A DNA stretch of 64,000 nt, filler included, from Circinaria calcarea (Eukaryota): assembly GCA_051942165.1 (NCBI GenBank). It is 6 parts of 6 records of this genome, joined end to end, with 100 filler letters (N's around TTAATTAATTAA, not from the genome) between each part and the next. Parts side by side here need not be neighbours in the genome. Positions count along the whole stretch, not along the records: positions 10,790 to 21,475 come from JAVECS010000775.1; positions 21,576 to 32,255 come from JAVECS010000776.1; 4 more parts are not named here. One strand, written 5' to 3'. The position numbers were made by a program, and so were the translations under genes. Under the pieces are notes generated by a model, which had not been told where the DNA came from, searched no databases, and saw only the letters and a program-made list of their open reading frames with translations. Positions 12,820 through 23,553 of this stretch are shown piece after piece. Numbering within the stretch: position 1 is the stretch's first letter; each line of letters begins with the position of its first letter.

Positions 12820-15255
12820 CTCCACAAGCATGGTGGGAAGCCTGACTCTCGCACCTTTGAACAACCGACAGTTTCGCGAGCTAGTCCCCCCTCCGCCAAA
12901 CAGCTCTCCCCCCGATCAGCGTCGTCAGCTGCTTCAGAAGCTGAATAGCGAAGCAGGCGACAACTCCGAGGCCAAGGTTACAAAGCGTTTGCATTAAAAC
13001 ATGGGCGATATCCTCCACAGACGGAAACCGGGCTCGACGTCCTAGTGCCTGATGGTCTGCATAGGCACTCTACGAGACCAGCCCCTTCATATCGGTGCAT
13101 ACCCCCAGCTCTTTAACATCATGGATTGCCTCGACCACGCAAACCCCAGTCTCAGCATCCTGGAAATCGGGGCTGGAACGGGTGGTGCAACGCGTGTAGC
13201 GATGAAAGCCTTCATCGGTCCGCACGGCATCAAGCGCTACGCCGACTGCACCTTCACCGATATTTCAGCGGGCTTCCTCACATCTGCGCAAGAGTCCACG
13301 TCTGAGTTCCACAATATCAAGTTCTTCGTCTTTAACGTAGAGAAGGATCTGCAGCAGCAGGATATGAACCAGTCTACAACCTGGTCATGGCACCACAGGT
13401 CATACATACAAAGGCCAGCATGGATAGGACTTTTTGGCGAACTGCCGGAGGTTCTAAAGCCATGCAGAAAGTTGGTCTTGGTTGGGAGCACCCGCATGCG
13501 ACGCTTACCCGGTCTCCTGTACGGTACCCTGACCGGATATTGGCTTGGTATCACCGACGGCCGTTCGGAGGGCCCTTTTGTCAATCCTCAGACATGGGAC
13601 TTGCGCCTGCAGAGAGTCGGATTCTCGGGGATTGAGCTGCATTTGGACGATTATCCTCGTCCACACAACACTACCCCCCACTACCCCCGTTCTTGTGTCC
13701 ACTCGTCTTGGAACAGAGGATGCACTAGAAAGTATCAATTGTGGTAATAAGTGTTGGCGCTGGGGTTTATTTTTTCCATAGTGCCAAGGCTACTCTACTT
13801 GTTCTACACTACCTCGCCCAGGAACCTTCAACGCTGTGGCATCCCATCCAAGACAGCTCCGTTTGAAGGGGCGTTGGTTATCGCATCGACAAATCGCCGT
13901 CGTGGCTTTCCCGACAGCAAGAACCTCATGCTGGATGCCGACGACCATCGCCTGAAGCTCTTCCTGCATCTCGCCCGTGCTGCGAGTAAGGTCTGGTTGA
14001 CGTTTAGCGGCACCGTTAAAGGCCGCAATCCCGAAGGCGGTTTTTTATCGGGCTCCTTCGGACGATGAGCACGAAGAACCCTGCAGGCCGGTTTTTTTAA
14101 AATCGATATCGACGCCGAGGTGTTTGACACCGAGAACGATGATTTTGTCCGCGGCATTGTCGACCACGAGGTCGCTCTTCAGGGCCAAGGAGCCGACGAC
14201 GAGAGCGAAGACCGTCAGTTTCTCGGGTAGGACGGCTTCATATGGGTAAGCCGCGTTGCGCCTGACGCAGGGCTTGAGCCGTATGCCAAGACTATCAAGA
14301 TGCTAAAGAGCCGTGGCGCCGAGCTGCTACCCTGGAAAGCCAAGGACCCGTGCGTGCTGCCTTCGGGGACGCCGGGTATTCTCAGCTCGCTGTACTTCCG
14401 GCACTACACAGAACTATGGCAGCCTCTAGCATAGGACTACATCGAGGTCAAAGTTGGCCCCTTAGGCCTCAACTTAGGCCTCACGTCAAGCCGATTCGAT
14501 GCCAATAGCAACAACCTCCTGTCCGAGTACGCCGCCGTCGTGACCAAAACGGGCGCGGATGTGGCCAGCTTATCTGTTGGTGACTGCGCTAGGGCATGGA
14601 GTGAGGGCATTTTGGCAACTACACGCGCGTGCCGGCTGCGTTTGCGCAGAAGCTTCGGCCCAGCGACGATCTGGTCGAGATGACCACAATTCCAGTGGTT
14701 TAGACGACTGCATTGTATTCGTTCAACCATGTCGCCCGGCTCAGGAAGAGGCAAAAGGTCCTAATCCTGTCAGCCATCGGAGGTCTAGGATCCAGCTTGC
14801 GTGGTCCAAAAGGGCCGAGGTGTATGCCATTGTAGATACCATCGAGAAGGCCCGCTTCCTTGTCGACTCCATGGCCATCACGTCTCTCACATTGTTTCCT
14901 TGCGGGACCCTTCGCCCTTGTTCCGGGCTGCGAGCATGACGGGCAAGGCCGTCTTCGATGTCATTCTCAGCACTGTTATTGGAGGAGATTTGCTGTACGT
15001 GTCTCTGAAAGCTCTCGCACACACAGGCCACCTGATTGACGTAGGCCGGCTGAACTCAAAGACGGTAAGTCTGGAACTTTTCCAAAAGAATGCCAGCTTT
15101 TCCTCATTCGACCTGAACCTTATTCTGAATCCTATTCTTAACCACAATCAGGAGCTCAGCGGGCAGCTGATGAAGACTGTAGACGAGCTCTACTGTGCGG
15201 GACACATCGCTTCGATCCATCCGCTATCTACTGCGGACGTCTCCGACCTGGACGT
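12820..15255 (+). pseudogene. Highly reducing PKS fragment (C-methyltransferase + enoylreductase region), frameshifted, no KS/AT/DH/KR/ACP seen
   Basis: HANPSLSILEIGAGTGGAT (SAM-binding motif), CTFTDISAGFL, LYGTLTGYW, FGTPGILSSLYF, YIEVKV..LGLN, GHLIDVGR, LELFQKNASFSSFDL, spread over several frames with in-frame stops. Confidence 0.88.
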
Positions 15256-15393
15256 GACGGACGTCCTTGTGCGACGGATAGAATTTAAGTGTTGCTGATG
15301 TTAAGAAGGCTACGATGCCGTGCCTCGTCAAGAAGTGCGGCTTACCAAAGATCGACAACGTTGTGGCAAAGCTCAAGAACACCTGCAGGTCAT

Positions 15394-15495
15394 CACGCGG
15401 GTGACAAAAAAGTTGGCACGGTCGAAATTGTATTTGGTGTTGAGTTTGGGTGTCGCTAAATGCTGGACCGTGCCAACTTTTTTGTCACCCGCGTG
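15394..15495. mobile_element. 102-bp MITE: perfect 30-bp TIRs, 42-bp spacer, 5-bp TSD GTCAT
   Basis: CACGCGGGTGACAAAAAAGTTGGCACGGTC (15394-15423) and its exact reverse complement (15466-15495). GTCAT flanks both ends (15389-15393, 15496-15500). Confidence 0.88.
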
Positions 15496-16469
15496 GTCAT
15501 GTGCCAGAGGCGGATGCACCACTTGGCGGTGGGCAGCGAGCAAGGCTTGCAAGCCCGAAGGTGACTTTTCTTGTTGCTCTTTGATCGAAGTTTAAGCCGT
15601 GTGGCAGTAAAGATAGCCGGGGGACTGATCATGCGGAGCGGTATTCTGGAGTCCACATCATTCTTAATGAGTCATGTAATTATCTATAGTCCTATGTATT
15701 TCCAGAAAGCTTGAGTCCATGGGTTTGCAGCGACTTAGTAGGAACTTGAAAGAGAACTCTGTCAGGCCTTTTGGGCTAGTCACTCGGGCGTATGTTATTC
15801 CGAGCGCCCACACACCCATAGATAATTTCTCTTGCGGTATTGCAAGCAGCAGAGCATAGCAACCCATACACTTACTCTTACTCCTTCTCGCCTCTCATTT
15901 ACATGCGACCAATGCGAATCCAAGTCATCCTTATATAACATGCTGTGCTCGGCCAATCTCAAGAACACCACAACGGCATGGCACACGGCATTGGTAGGTT
16001 GCGCACATCAGATATCTTCCAGCAGCGCCTTCCTGTTATCTGCCTCTCCCTTTGCCTCAGTGCCACCTCCGCAAGCTCCGGAGGCCACAGACTTCTTTCG
16101 TACTAGCTCCACGTAAAAAAGTTATTCCGATCCGGTATTATGTAATCCTTTTTTGAAAGAAGTCTGAGAGAAATATCCACGAAACATATGGAAGTCGCGA
16201 CGTTTGTTAGCGATTTATATACAAAGTGTCGCGACTTCCCCGCGCTCCTAAAACACGATTTTTATCAACCACGTAACCACCACGCATAATTCATTAAATT
16301 CGCTCTAATATTCTCTTCGAAATAATTATGGCTGTATATTAATCAACTTTTTATTGAATTTGACCTGGTTTTTATCGAATAAAGCGGGGTAAACGTGCAC
16401 GAAAAAAAAAATTATAAAACGCTAATACTTCTAGAGCCTCAACTCGAAACACTAATAAATTTGGCTCTG

Positions 16470-16603
16470 TGTTACGTCCCTAAGCTTCTTAGGCAAAGGC
16501 AATGCTAGTCACTGGTATAAGGCAGGGGCTCTGTCCGACAGGTCACGAGGTTCTATACCAATGACTAGCATTGCCTTTGCCTAAGAAGCTTAGGGACGTA
16601 ACA
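16470..16603 (+). repeat. Putative 5' LTR (134 bp, TGTTACG...CGTAACA) forming a 51-bp inverted repeat
   Basis: Arms 16469-16519 and 16554-16604 are complementary with one mismatch. TATAA lies at 16516. The gag ATG is 47 nt downstream. The 3' LTR is not available to confirm. Confidence 0.72.
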
Positions 16604-16650
16604 CGTTGACCACCCGACCCTCCTAGGTACCGACTCTTGTCAGGAACGAC

Positions 16651-18327
16651 ATGGCACCGAATACAGTAACCAGCCCCACTCCGACAGTGGCGGGCGGTTC
16701 CGGTCAGCATACAGCGGCACAGCTTATGGCTCTGATCGAAGGACTTCAGTCTCAGATAGGGGACCTGTCGGCACAGAATACGGCCCTACACGAGGAGTGC
16801 AACGACATCAAAGAGAAGTATGACTCCGCTCGAAGAGCTAAAGACATGAAAGTCAAGGAACCTCAGACGTTCCATGGAGATCGCAAGAAGCTTAAGAGCT
16901 TTGTGACTCAGTTGGATCTGTGGATCCATACTCACCAGGCGCATTTCGAAAGCGAAGAAAGCAAAGTATTCTTCGCGTCTACCTACCTGAGGGACACTGC
17001 GTTCGAATGGTTCGAACCAACTCTGAAAGATCGGTTGAACAACACGGAACGCACCCAGGATGAGGAAACTAAAAGCGTATTCAAGGATTTCGACGTGTTC
17101 AAGGAACGAATCCAGCAGGTGTATGGAGACATCGATGAAGAACGGACTGCAGAAAGACAGATAGGCGCGCTCGTCCAGAAGGGACCTGCCTCCGCCTACG
17201 CAGCCGATTTCCAACAGCTCGCATCACGAACCAATTGGGATGATGCAGCACTAACGAACCAGTTCTATAGGGGACTGAAGGATGCAGTCAAGGACGACGT
17301 CGCTAGAGGCGACCGACCGGATGACTTGCAGGGCATGATCGCCGCAGCAATCCGGATTGACAATCGACAGTATGAACGCCGATTGGAGAAAAAGAACAAT
17401 CACGGAGAAGTGGTGTATGCGTCCAAGAAACAGAAGAATAGTAGCAAAGCCTACTATGGACCGCAACCCATGGAAATTGATGCAATGCAAGCACGACGAC
17501 CATTTAGGAGGAATAACTCCCAGGCCGTGCAGAAAGCGGAAAGACTCTGCTTCAATTGCAACAAACCCGGACATCAGGCTAGAAATTGCAGACAAAAGAA
17601 GCAATTTAACGCCACGACTAGGACAGCCCGGAGGCCACAATTAAATGCAACAAAACCGGCTCCCAGTCATGCATCCATGTCCTGGACCGCATGCTATGAA
17701 GATGCATGTGAGATACACAGATCCGAGAAAGATGGATCTGGATGGTACCCCAAGCAGCCGAGAAGGCGTGCAAGCCTTTGCGCAACTCGAACAGTTGGGA
17801 AAGGGAAGCAAGTTGGCTACAGTCAACAGGGACCATCCCAAGTACAAGAGGAGTCAGAAACCTCTGAGGAGGAATCTTCAGAAGAGGATACGCTCGATGC
17901 GGACACGATCGAAGCGTTAGAACAGACCCACTTGCAGCAGTCTCAAGCCGAGGAAAAGAGCTTGACAGAAGAGATTGAATCCGCGACGGAAGGGATTAAG
18001 AACTTGATTGAGCAGTTTTCTAGACTCAAACAAAGAGTCGATCAGCTCAAAACCGTCCGATTCACTCCAGAGACTAGAGGCGAGGCCCCTAGCACTAGTT
18101 TTTACGGCATCATACAGGAAGTTGTACCGCCAGGAAGCAGGTTTACCAGGAACGGAGGATATGTGACGCCTAACAATGGCTATATCTCCCACGAACTCCG
18201 AGAGCGTGTGAGAGGTCTGAAGATCCTCTACCGCAAACAGGATCCACAGGAGCATCCCAGAATGGCAGTGAATCCGGCCAGATTCCAGTTTGCCAGGGAC
18301 TCAGGGAGTTCGAGTTCAAAAAACTAA
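16651..18327 (+). CDS. gag: Retrotransposon Gag (capsid + CCHC zinc knuckle + C-terminal extension)
   Basis: PQTFHGDRKKLKSF, KVFFASTYLRDTAFEWF, QFYRGLKDAVKD, GPQPMEID, CFNCNKPGHQARNC. Confidence 0.95.
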   Translation: MAPNTVTSPTPTVAGGSGQHTAAQLMALIEGLQSQIGDLSAQNTALHEECNDIKEKYDSARRAKDMKVKEPQTFHGDRKKLKSFVTQLDLWIHTHQAHFESEESKVFFASTYLRDTAFEWFEPTLKDRLNNTERTQDEETKSVFKDFDVFKERIQQVYGDIDEERTAERQIGALVQKGPASAYAADFQQLASRTNWDDAALTNQFYRGLKDAVKDDVARGDRPDDLQGMIAAAIRIDNRQYERRLEKKNNHGEVVYASKKQKNSSKAYYGPQPMEIDAMQARRPFRRNNSQAVQKAERLCFNCNKPGHQARNCRQKKQFNATTRTARRPQLNATKPAPSHASMSWTACYEDACEIHRSEKDGSGWYPKQPRRRASLCATRTVGKGKQVGYSQQGPSQVQEESETSEEESSEEDTLDADTIEALEQTHLQQSQAEEKSLTEEIESATEGIKNLIEQFSRLKQRVDQLKTVRFTPETRGEAPSTSFYGIIQEVVPPGSRFTRNGGYVTPNNGYISHELRERVRGLKILYRKQDPQEHPRMAVNPARFQFARDSGSSSSKN

Positions 18328-18376
18328 CAGGCACCTCTCCGCAGAGACAGGAGGAGGCTTGCCAAAAGAAGTCTCT
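18318..18376 (+). promoter_or_regulatory. -1 programmed ribosomal frameshift signal (A AAA AAC + predicted H-type pseudoknot)
   Basis: The slippery heptamer 18318-18324 directly precedes the gag TAA. The pol frame is -1 and open from 18324. Paired stems follow downstream. Confidence 0.85.
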
Positions 18377-21300
18377 ATGTGCGACGGCACTAGCAGATCA
18401 GATCAAAGTTATGATCAAGGTTGGTGGAGGAGTCGTCGAAGCAATGATCGACTCAGGAGCGAATGGTAGCTACATGTCGCCGAAGTTTGCAAGAAGCAAC
18501 AGAATCCCAATTCGAGAAAAGGCAGAGCCCTATCAATTGGAAGCCATCAACGGGACCATGGTCAATTCAGCCGAACAAGGCGTACACCAGGAAACCCACG
18601 AGGTATCGATGAGTATCGGTACGCACCAAGAAAATATCAGTTTCGATATTGCAGAGATGGGTGAGCACCAAGTAATCTTGGGAATGTCATGGTTGAGGCA
18701 GCAGAACCCGCAAATCGATTGGAATACCGGCCGCCTGCAGTTCGGAAGGATGCAGAGCAATTACGAAGAAGTTAACCGCAGTCAACTTAGCCGAAGAAGC
18801 AATAAGGCGTCAATACGCAGCTTATGGTGCAAACTGGACGCGTGTGTAAGATCCGCAGAGGACCTCTCACCGCCAGAACAATACAAGCAGTTCGCAAAAC
18901 TATTCGAAGAAGACAAAACAGCAAATGCCTTACCAGAGCATAAGCCATGGGATCATGAGATACCCTTGGAAGAAGGTACCAAACCAACCTACGGACCTAT
19001 TTACGCCTTGTCAGCGAAAGAACTTGAAGTACTGAAGGAGTACTTGGATGAGAACCTGAAGAAAGGGTACATACGACCCTCGGTTTCTCCAGCAGGTTAT
19101 CCAATCCTATTCGTCCCGAAGAAGGATGGTAAACTCAGACTGTGCGTGGACTATCGACAGCTGAACCAGATCACCATCAAGAATCGATACGCACTACCAC
19201 TCATATCGGAGCTGGTTGATCGATTACTGGGCAAGAAGTGGTTCACCAAGTTGGATCTCTTGGGGGCTTACAACTTGATACGAATGAAAGAAGGTGAGGA
19301 ATGGAAAACGGCGTTTAGAACCCGTTACGGCCATTATGAGTATATGGTCATGCCATTCGGTCTCACAAATGCACCAGCAACCTTCCAGATGTTAGTAAAC
19401 GAGATACTACACGAGTACCTGGATATATTTGTGGTTGCTTACCTGGATGATATCTTTATCTTCTCAGATACAGAAGAGGAACACGTCAGGCACGTCACTT
19501 CCGTCTTGGAGAAGTTAGAAGGAGCGAACCTCAAGGTAAAGCTAGAGAAGTGCGTGTTTCACTCTCAGCGAGTTGAGTTTCTAGGACATATCATCACACC
19601 AGGAAAGATAGAAATGGACCCGGCCAAGATCACAGCAATCATGGAGTGGCCTACGCCAAAGAACGTAAAGGATGTGCAATCGTTCTTGGGACTAGCCAAT
19701 TTCTATCGACGATACATCAGTGGCTACTCGAAGGAAGCGACGCCGCTGACGAACATGACCAAAAAGGGCTATGCCTTCCGTTGGACGGAAGAGGAACAGC
19801 GGGTGTTCGACGGACTCAAGCAGAAGTTCGCCGCGAAACCCGTACTCTATGAATTTGATCCAGAGAAAGAGATCACCGTGGAAACCGACTCCTCCGATTA
19901 CGCAATAGGAGCCCGGATTAGTCAAGCGGACGAGAAAGGGAGGTTACACCCCATAGCATTCTATTCGAGGAAGCTATCTCCAGCCGAGTTGAACTACGAT
20001 ATCCACGACAAAGGACTGTTAGCAGTTGTGGCAGCATTCGAGGAATGGAGAGTTTACCTAGAAGGACCCAGGTACGAGGTCAAGGTACTCACTGACCATA
20101 AGAACTTGCTATACTTCACTACCACGAAAGTATTGAACAGACGACAGGTTCGTTGGGCCGAAACCTTGTCAAGATACAACTTCCGGATCACTTACAGAAA
20201 AGGATCGGAGAACACTCAAGCAGACGCGTTGAGTAGGAGGCCAGATTACCTTGAAAACAAAACACAGGTTTCGCATGCAATATTTGTGGAGAAAGCATTG
20301 GTTTATAACCGTCCACAGCTAGCAGCAACCATGCAGATCGAAAACAGCAATTTCGAGGAGGTAATCAAGAAAGCAAACCAGGATGACCCCATTGCAAAAG
20401 AAATGATTGAGAAAACACCCGATAACGAGAACTTCGAGGTAAGAAACGGATTACTAGTGTTTCAGAACCTAGTGTACATCCCGGTCTCTCTCAGGAAACA
20501 GGTAGTCGAAGACTACCACGATGCTAAGATCAGTGGTCACCAAGGTGTTGCGAGAACACTGGAAAAGTTGTCAAGGATGTACTACTTTCCAGGCATGCGG
20601 AGGTATATCGAGAAGTATATATCCCGATGCGATGTGTGCAACAAAACGAAGTCTGCAAGACACAAACCACACGGGGAGTTGAAATCACCCAGAGCACCAG
20701 ATCGTGCGTGGGGTTCAGTGGCTATGGACTGGATCGTTAAGTTGCCAGCATCAAAAGAACCAATGACAGATATCGTATACGACTCGATTCTGGTCATTAC
20801 GGATAGACTCACGAAGTACGGTTATTTTCTACCTTACTTGGAGGCATCCTCAGCAGAGGACTTGGCATACAATGTCCTACGAGTGATAGTTAGCAACCAC
20901 GGGTTACCCGACGAGTTCGTGTCTGACAGAGACAAACTACTCACATCAAAGTTTTGGCAGTCACTAGTTGCACAACTAGGGGTGAAACATAAGCTATCAA
21001 CAGCTTACCATCCACAGACTGATGGCCAAACGGAAAGACTTAACCAGACGCTGGAGCAGTATCTACGCTGCTATGTCGATTATCAGCAAACCAATTGGGT
21101 AACGTTACTTCCCATTGCACAGTTTGCATACAATAGCGCTGAATCAGAGACGATCAAAACATCACCATTCTTTGCCAACTATGGGTATCATCCAACGATA
21201 CAGAAGGAACCAAGAGAGGTACTAGCAATTGTACAACAAGCCAACATGAAGGTTGAAAAAATCCAGTTCCTCCACAAAGAATTGAGCCAGGACATTGCAT

Positions 21301-21475
21301 TTCTAAGTGCAAGATCAGCGATCTATTACAACAGGACCCACGGGAGTGGACCCGATCTAAAAGAGGGGGGTAAAGTATACCTACTTAGGAGAAACATCAA
21401 AACAACACGACCAAGCGATAAACTGGACTTCAAGAAAATTGGACCATTCAAAATTCTGAAGAAGCTATCCGCAGT
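18324..21475 (+). CDS. pol: Retrotransposon Pol (aspartic protease, RT, RNase H, integrase), 3'-truncated
   Basis: MIDSGA, LRLCVDYRQLN, MPFGLTNAPATFQ, YLDD, ETDSSD/TDH, H-H-C-C zinc finger, SDRD, HPQTDGQTERLN. Confidence 0.96.
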
Positions 21476-21575
21476 NNNNNNNNNNNNNNNNNNNNNNNNN
21501 NNNNNNNNNNNNNNNNNNNTTAATTAATTAANNNNNNNNNNNNNNNNNNNNNNNNNNNNNNNNNNNNNNNNNNNN
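21476..21575. other. Artificial contig-joining spacer
   Basis: N44-TTAATTAATTAA-N44. Confidence 0.98.
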
Positions 21576-22010
21576 GAGTATATAGTATAGCACGGAAAGA
21601 GCATGCAGCATAGCATGGAATAAGCATGTAGTATAGTATGGAAAGAGCATGCAGTATAGTATGGAAAGAGTATATAGTATAGTATGGAAAAAGCATGTAG
21701 TATAGCATTGAGCATATTATAGCGAAAACACGCGGCATAATATAGCGAAAGCACGCAGCATAGTATAGAGTATAGCACGCAGCATAGTATAGCTGGCGGC
21801 ATAGTATGGAAATGGCACGTGGTATAGCATGGAAATAGCACGTGGTATAGCATGGAAATGGCACGTAGCATAGCACGCAGCATAGCATAGAAATGGCACG
21901 TAGTATAGCACACAGTATAGCATAGTACGCAGCATAGCATGACTCGCAGCATAGCATGGCTCGCAGCATAGCATAGTATAATAAGAAGTATAAAATAGCA
22001 TAAGCTCAGT
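21576..22010. repeat. Degenerate satellite-like tract of short units (ATAGC/ATAGT/ATGGAA/GCACG)
   Basis: Repeated GCATAGTATAGTATGGAAAGAGCAT and ATAGCATGGAAATGGCACGTGGT variants. The ORFs over it are Tyr/Cys/Ala low-complexity artefacts. Confidence 0.85.
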
Positions 22011-22058
22011 ATAAAAGTTAGTACGCTACGCTGAATGTAGTAGAGTTTTTTCCTATTC

Positions 22059-22160
22059 GAGCGAAAAACTAGGCTCAATTGAGCGAAAAACTAGGCTCGA
22101 ATTGAGCGAAAAACTAGACCCGATCGAGCGAAAAACTAGGCCCGATAGAGCGATAAGCTA
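22059..22160. repeat. Tandem array of 22-23-bp units GAGCGAAAAACTAGGC.. (4 full + 1 partial)
   Basis: Units start at 22059, 22081, 22104, 22126 and 22148. Confidence 0.9.
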
Positions 22161-22299
22161 AACCTAATAAGGTAATTTTTGCGGCCAGAGTGAGAACACC
22201 GCAAAATTTTGGTTCGGTTCGGAAAATCTTGCGCCGAAGTTAAACCCTTCCACTTCGTTTCACTTCGTTTCAGGGCAGACGCCGGCCCCCCCTCGCTGC

Positions 22300-23553
22300 T
22301 TTCCCATATTACTACTTTCCTTTCGTAATGCGTCTGGTCGGCGATAACCTTAGAGGGAGAGGAGACGGAGGCAATTTGCAAGCCGAGAAGACCCTAGTGG
22401 ATGGCCTTGCCGCCTTGAAAATCTATCATGTCTTCTCGCCGCCTCCTTCCACCTCGGATTCCTCTTTGGTATCCACCGGCTATGAGCGTCTCTCGTTGAT
22501 GCCCGCGGTGCGCGAAGCTCCAACGCTTGTGGGGTATCTTGATCCACGAGGCGCATGGCGTTCAAGTCTTCCTGGAGACGTATCCCCCAGACATATTTTA
22601 TATGTTCCAAGGAGTGCACGATGATCTGTCAAACTATCAGTGGCGTGTCTTGCGGGCACAGATGAACTCACATCATCGCATTTCATGGCAATGATGGTGT
22701 GTCACATGTCGAGATCCTTCCCCTCCCCAGAGGCCTGTGAGCTCTGAGAGAGAATCTAAAGCCGCCGTCACATCATGGTGCTGAAGAAGCTGGCTCAAAT
22801 ACCGTTGCTGGTGTTGAATCAACCGATCTCGCCATCGCTGCTCGGAATACCAGTTTCGCTGAAAGTGGTATTGGCTTATCTTGCGGTATAGATCGCCGTT
22901 GGTTGGCTTCTCATCATTGGCATGTTCCTCTATGAGGGGCGTTCTTAGGCCGCGGTCGATGTTTACTGGAGGCTAAAGTCAGAAACATGAACACACCACG
23001 CAATATCAATCGTACCTGCATACAAAGGTCAACTGTCTACCACTCGTCGCTCGGTAAAAGGACCTCCTTTCGCAGCTTGAATACGGTGTCGTCCGTGTAG
23101 CCAGTCTAAGTGATAGCCGTCCAGGAAGACCAGCTCCGAATATCCGTCCCGCGGCCTCAGCAGTTCCCCCACGGAAATATTGGACAGCTGCACAACGGTA
23201 TCGAGGTCTTGCCGTGCAATAAAGGCCGGAATATGGTTGTGAACGTCAGGCCGACGACAGTCATGTCGGAAAATAGATTTCAGTCTCTCGACATTCATGG
23301 CATCGAGCTTCCTTGGCTCGTTCCATAGGAAATGCAGGTATGTGAGCCGGATGCGAGCAGTTCCTTGCCCATGCCTGAACGGCATATCTCCAAAGTACTC
23401 AGGGTAGGGCACCAGGGCTCCCGAGTGCCAATTGCTCCAATAAGTACCACCTTTCTCACCTCCTGCCACCCCCTATACAGCCCTCTACCGCTGCGCAATC
23501 TTTAGCTGCGATCGTCAGCTTTCTTGCTCTTTTATAACACCGAACCATTCCAT
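22300..23553 (-). pseudogene. DUF3723-family gene (Starship accessory type), frameshifted and 3'-truncated; boundaries approximate
   Basis: GTARIRL..LHF...RKLDAMNVERLKSIF..CRR.DVHNHIPA, LDWLHGRHRIQAA, LRTPLIEEHANDEKPTNGDLYRKISQY, MKCDD, LEHIKYVW...VDQDTPQALELRAP, found in different frames. Confidence 0.82.

Larger units (their letters stand above)
16470..21475 (+). mobile_element. Ty3/Gypsy (probable chromovirus) LTR retrotransposon, 3' end cut by the contig end
   Basis: TG...CA LTR-like segment, then gag and PR-RT-RH-IN in Gypsy order, with open frames. Confidence 0.96.

Noticed and set aside
21520..22078. Tyr/Cys/Ala-rich minus-strand ORFs
   Set aside because: They are read-through of satellite DNA into the N spacer.
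22059..22160. CRISPR-like array
   Set aside because: The units are contiguous with no unique spacers, there are no cas genes, and the DNA is eukaryotic.
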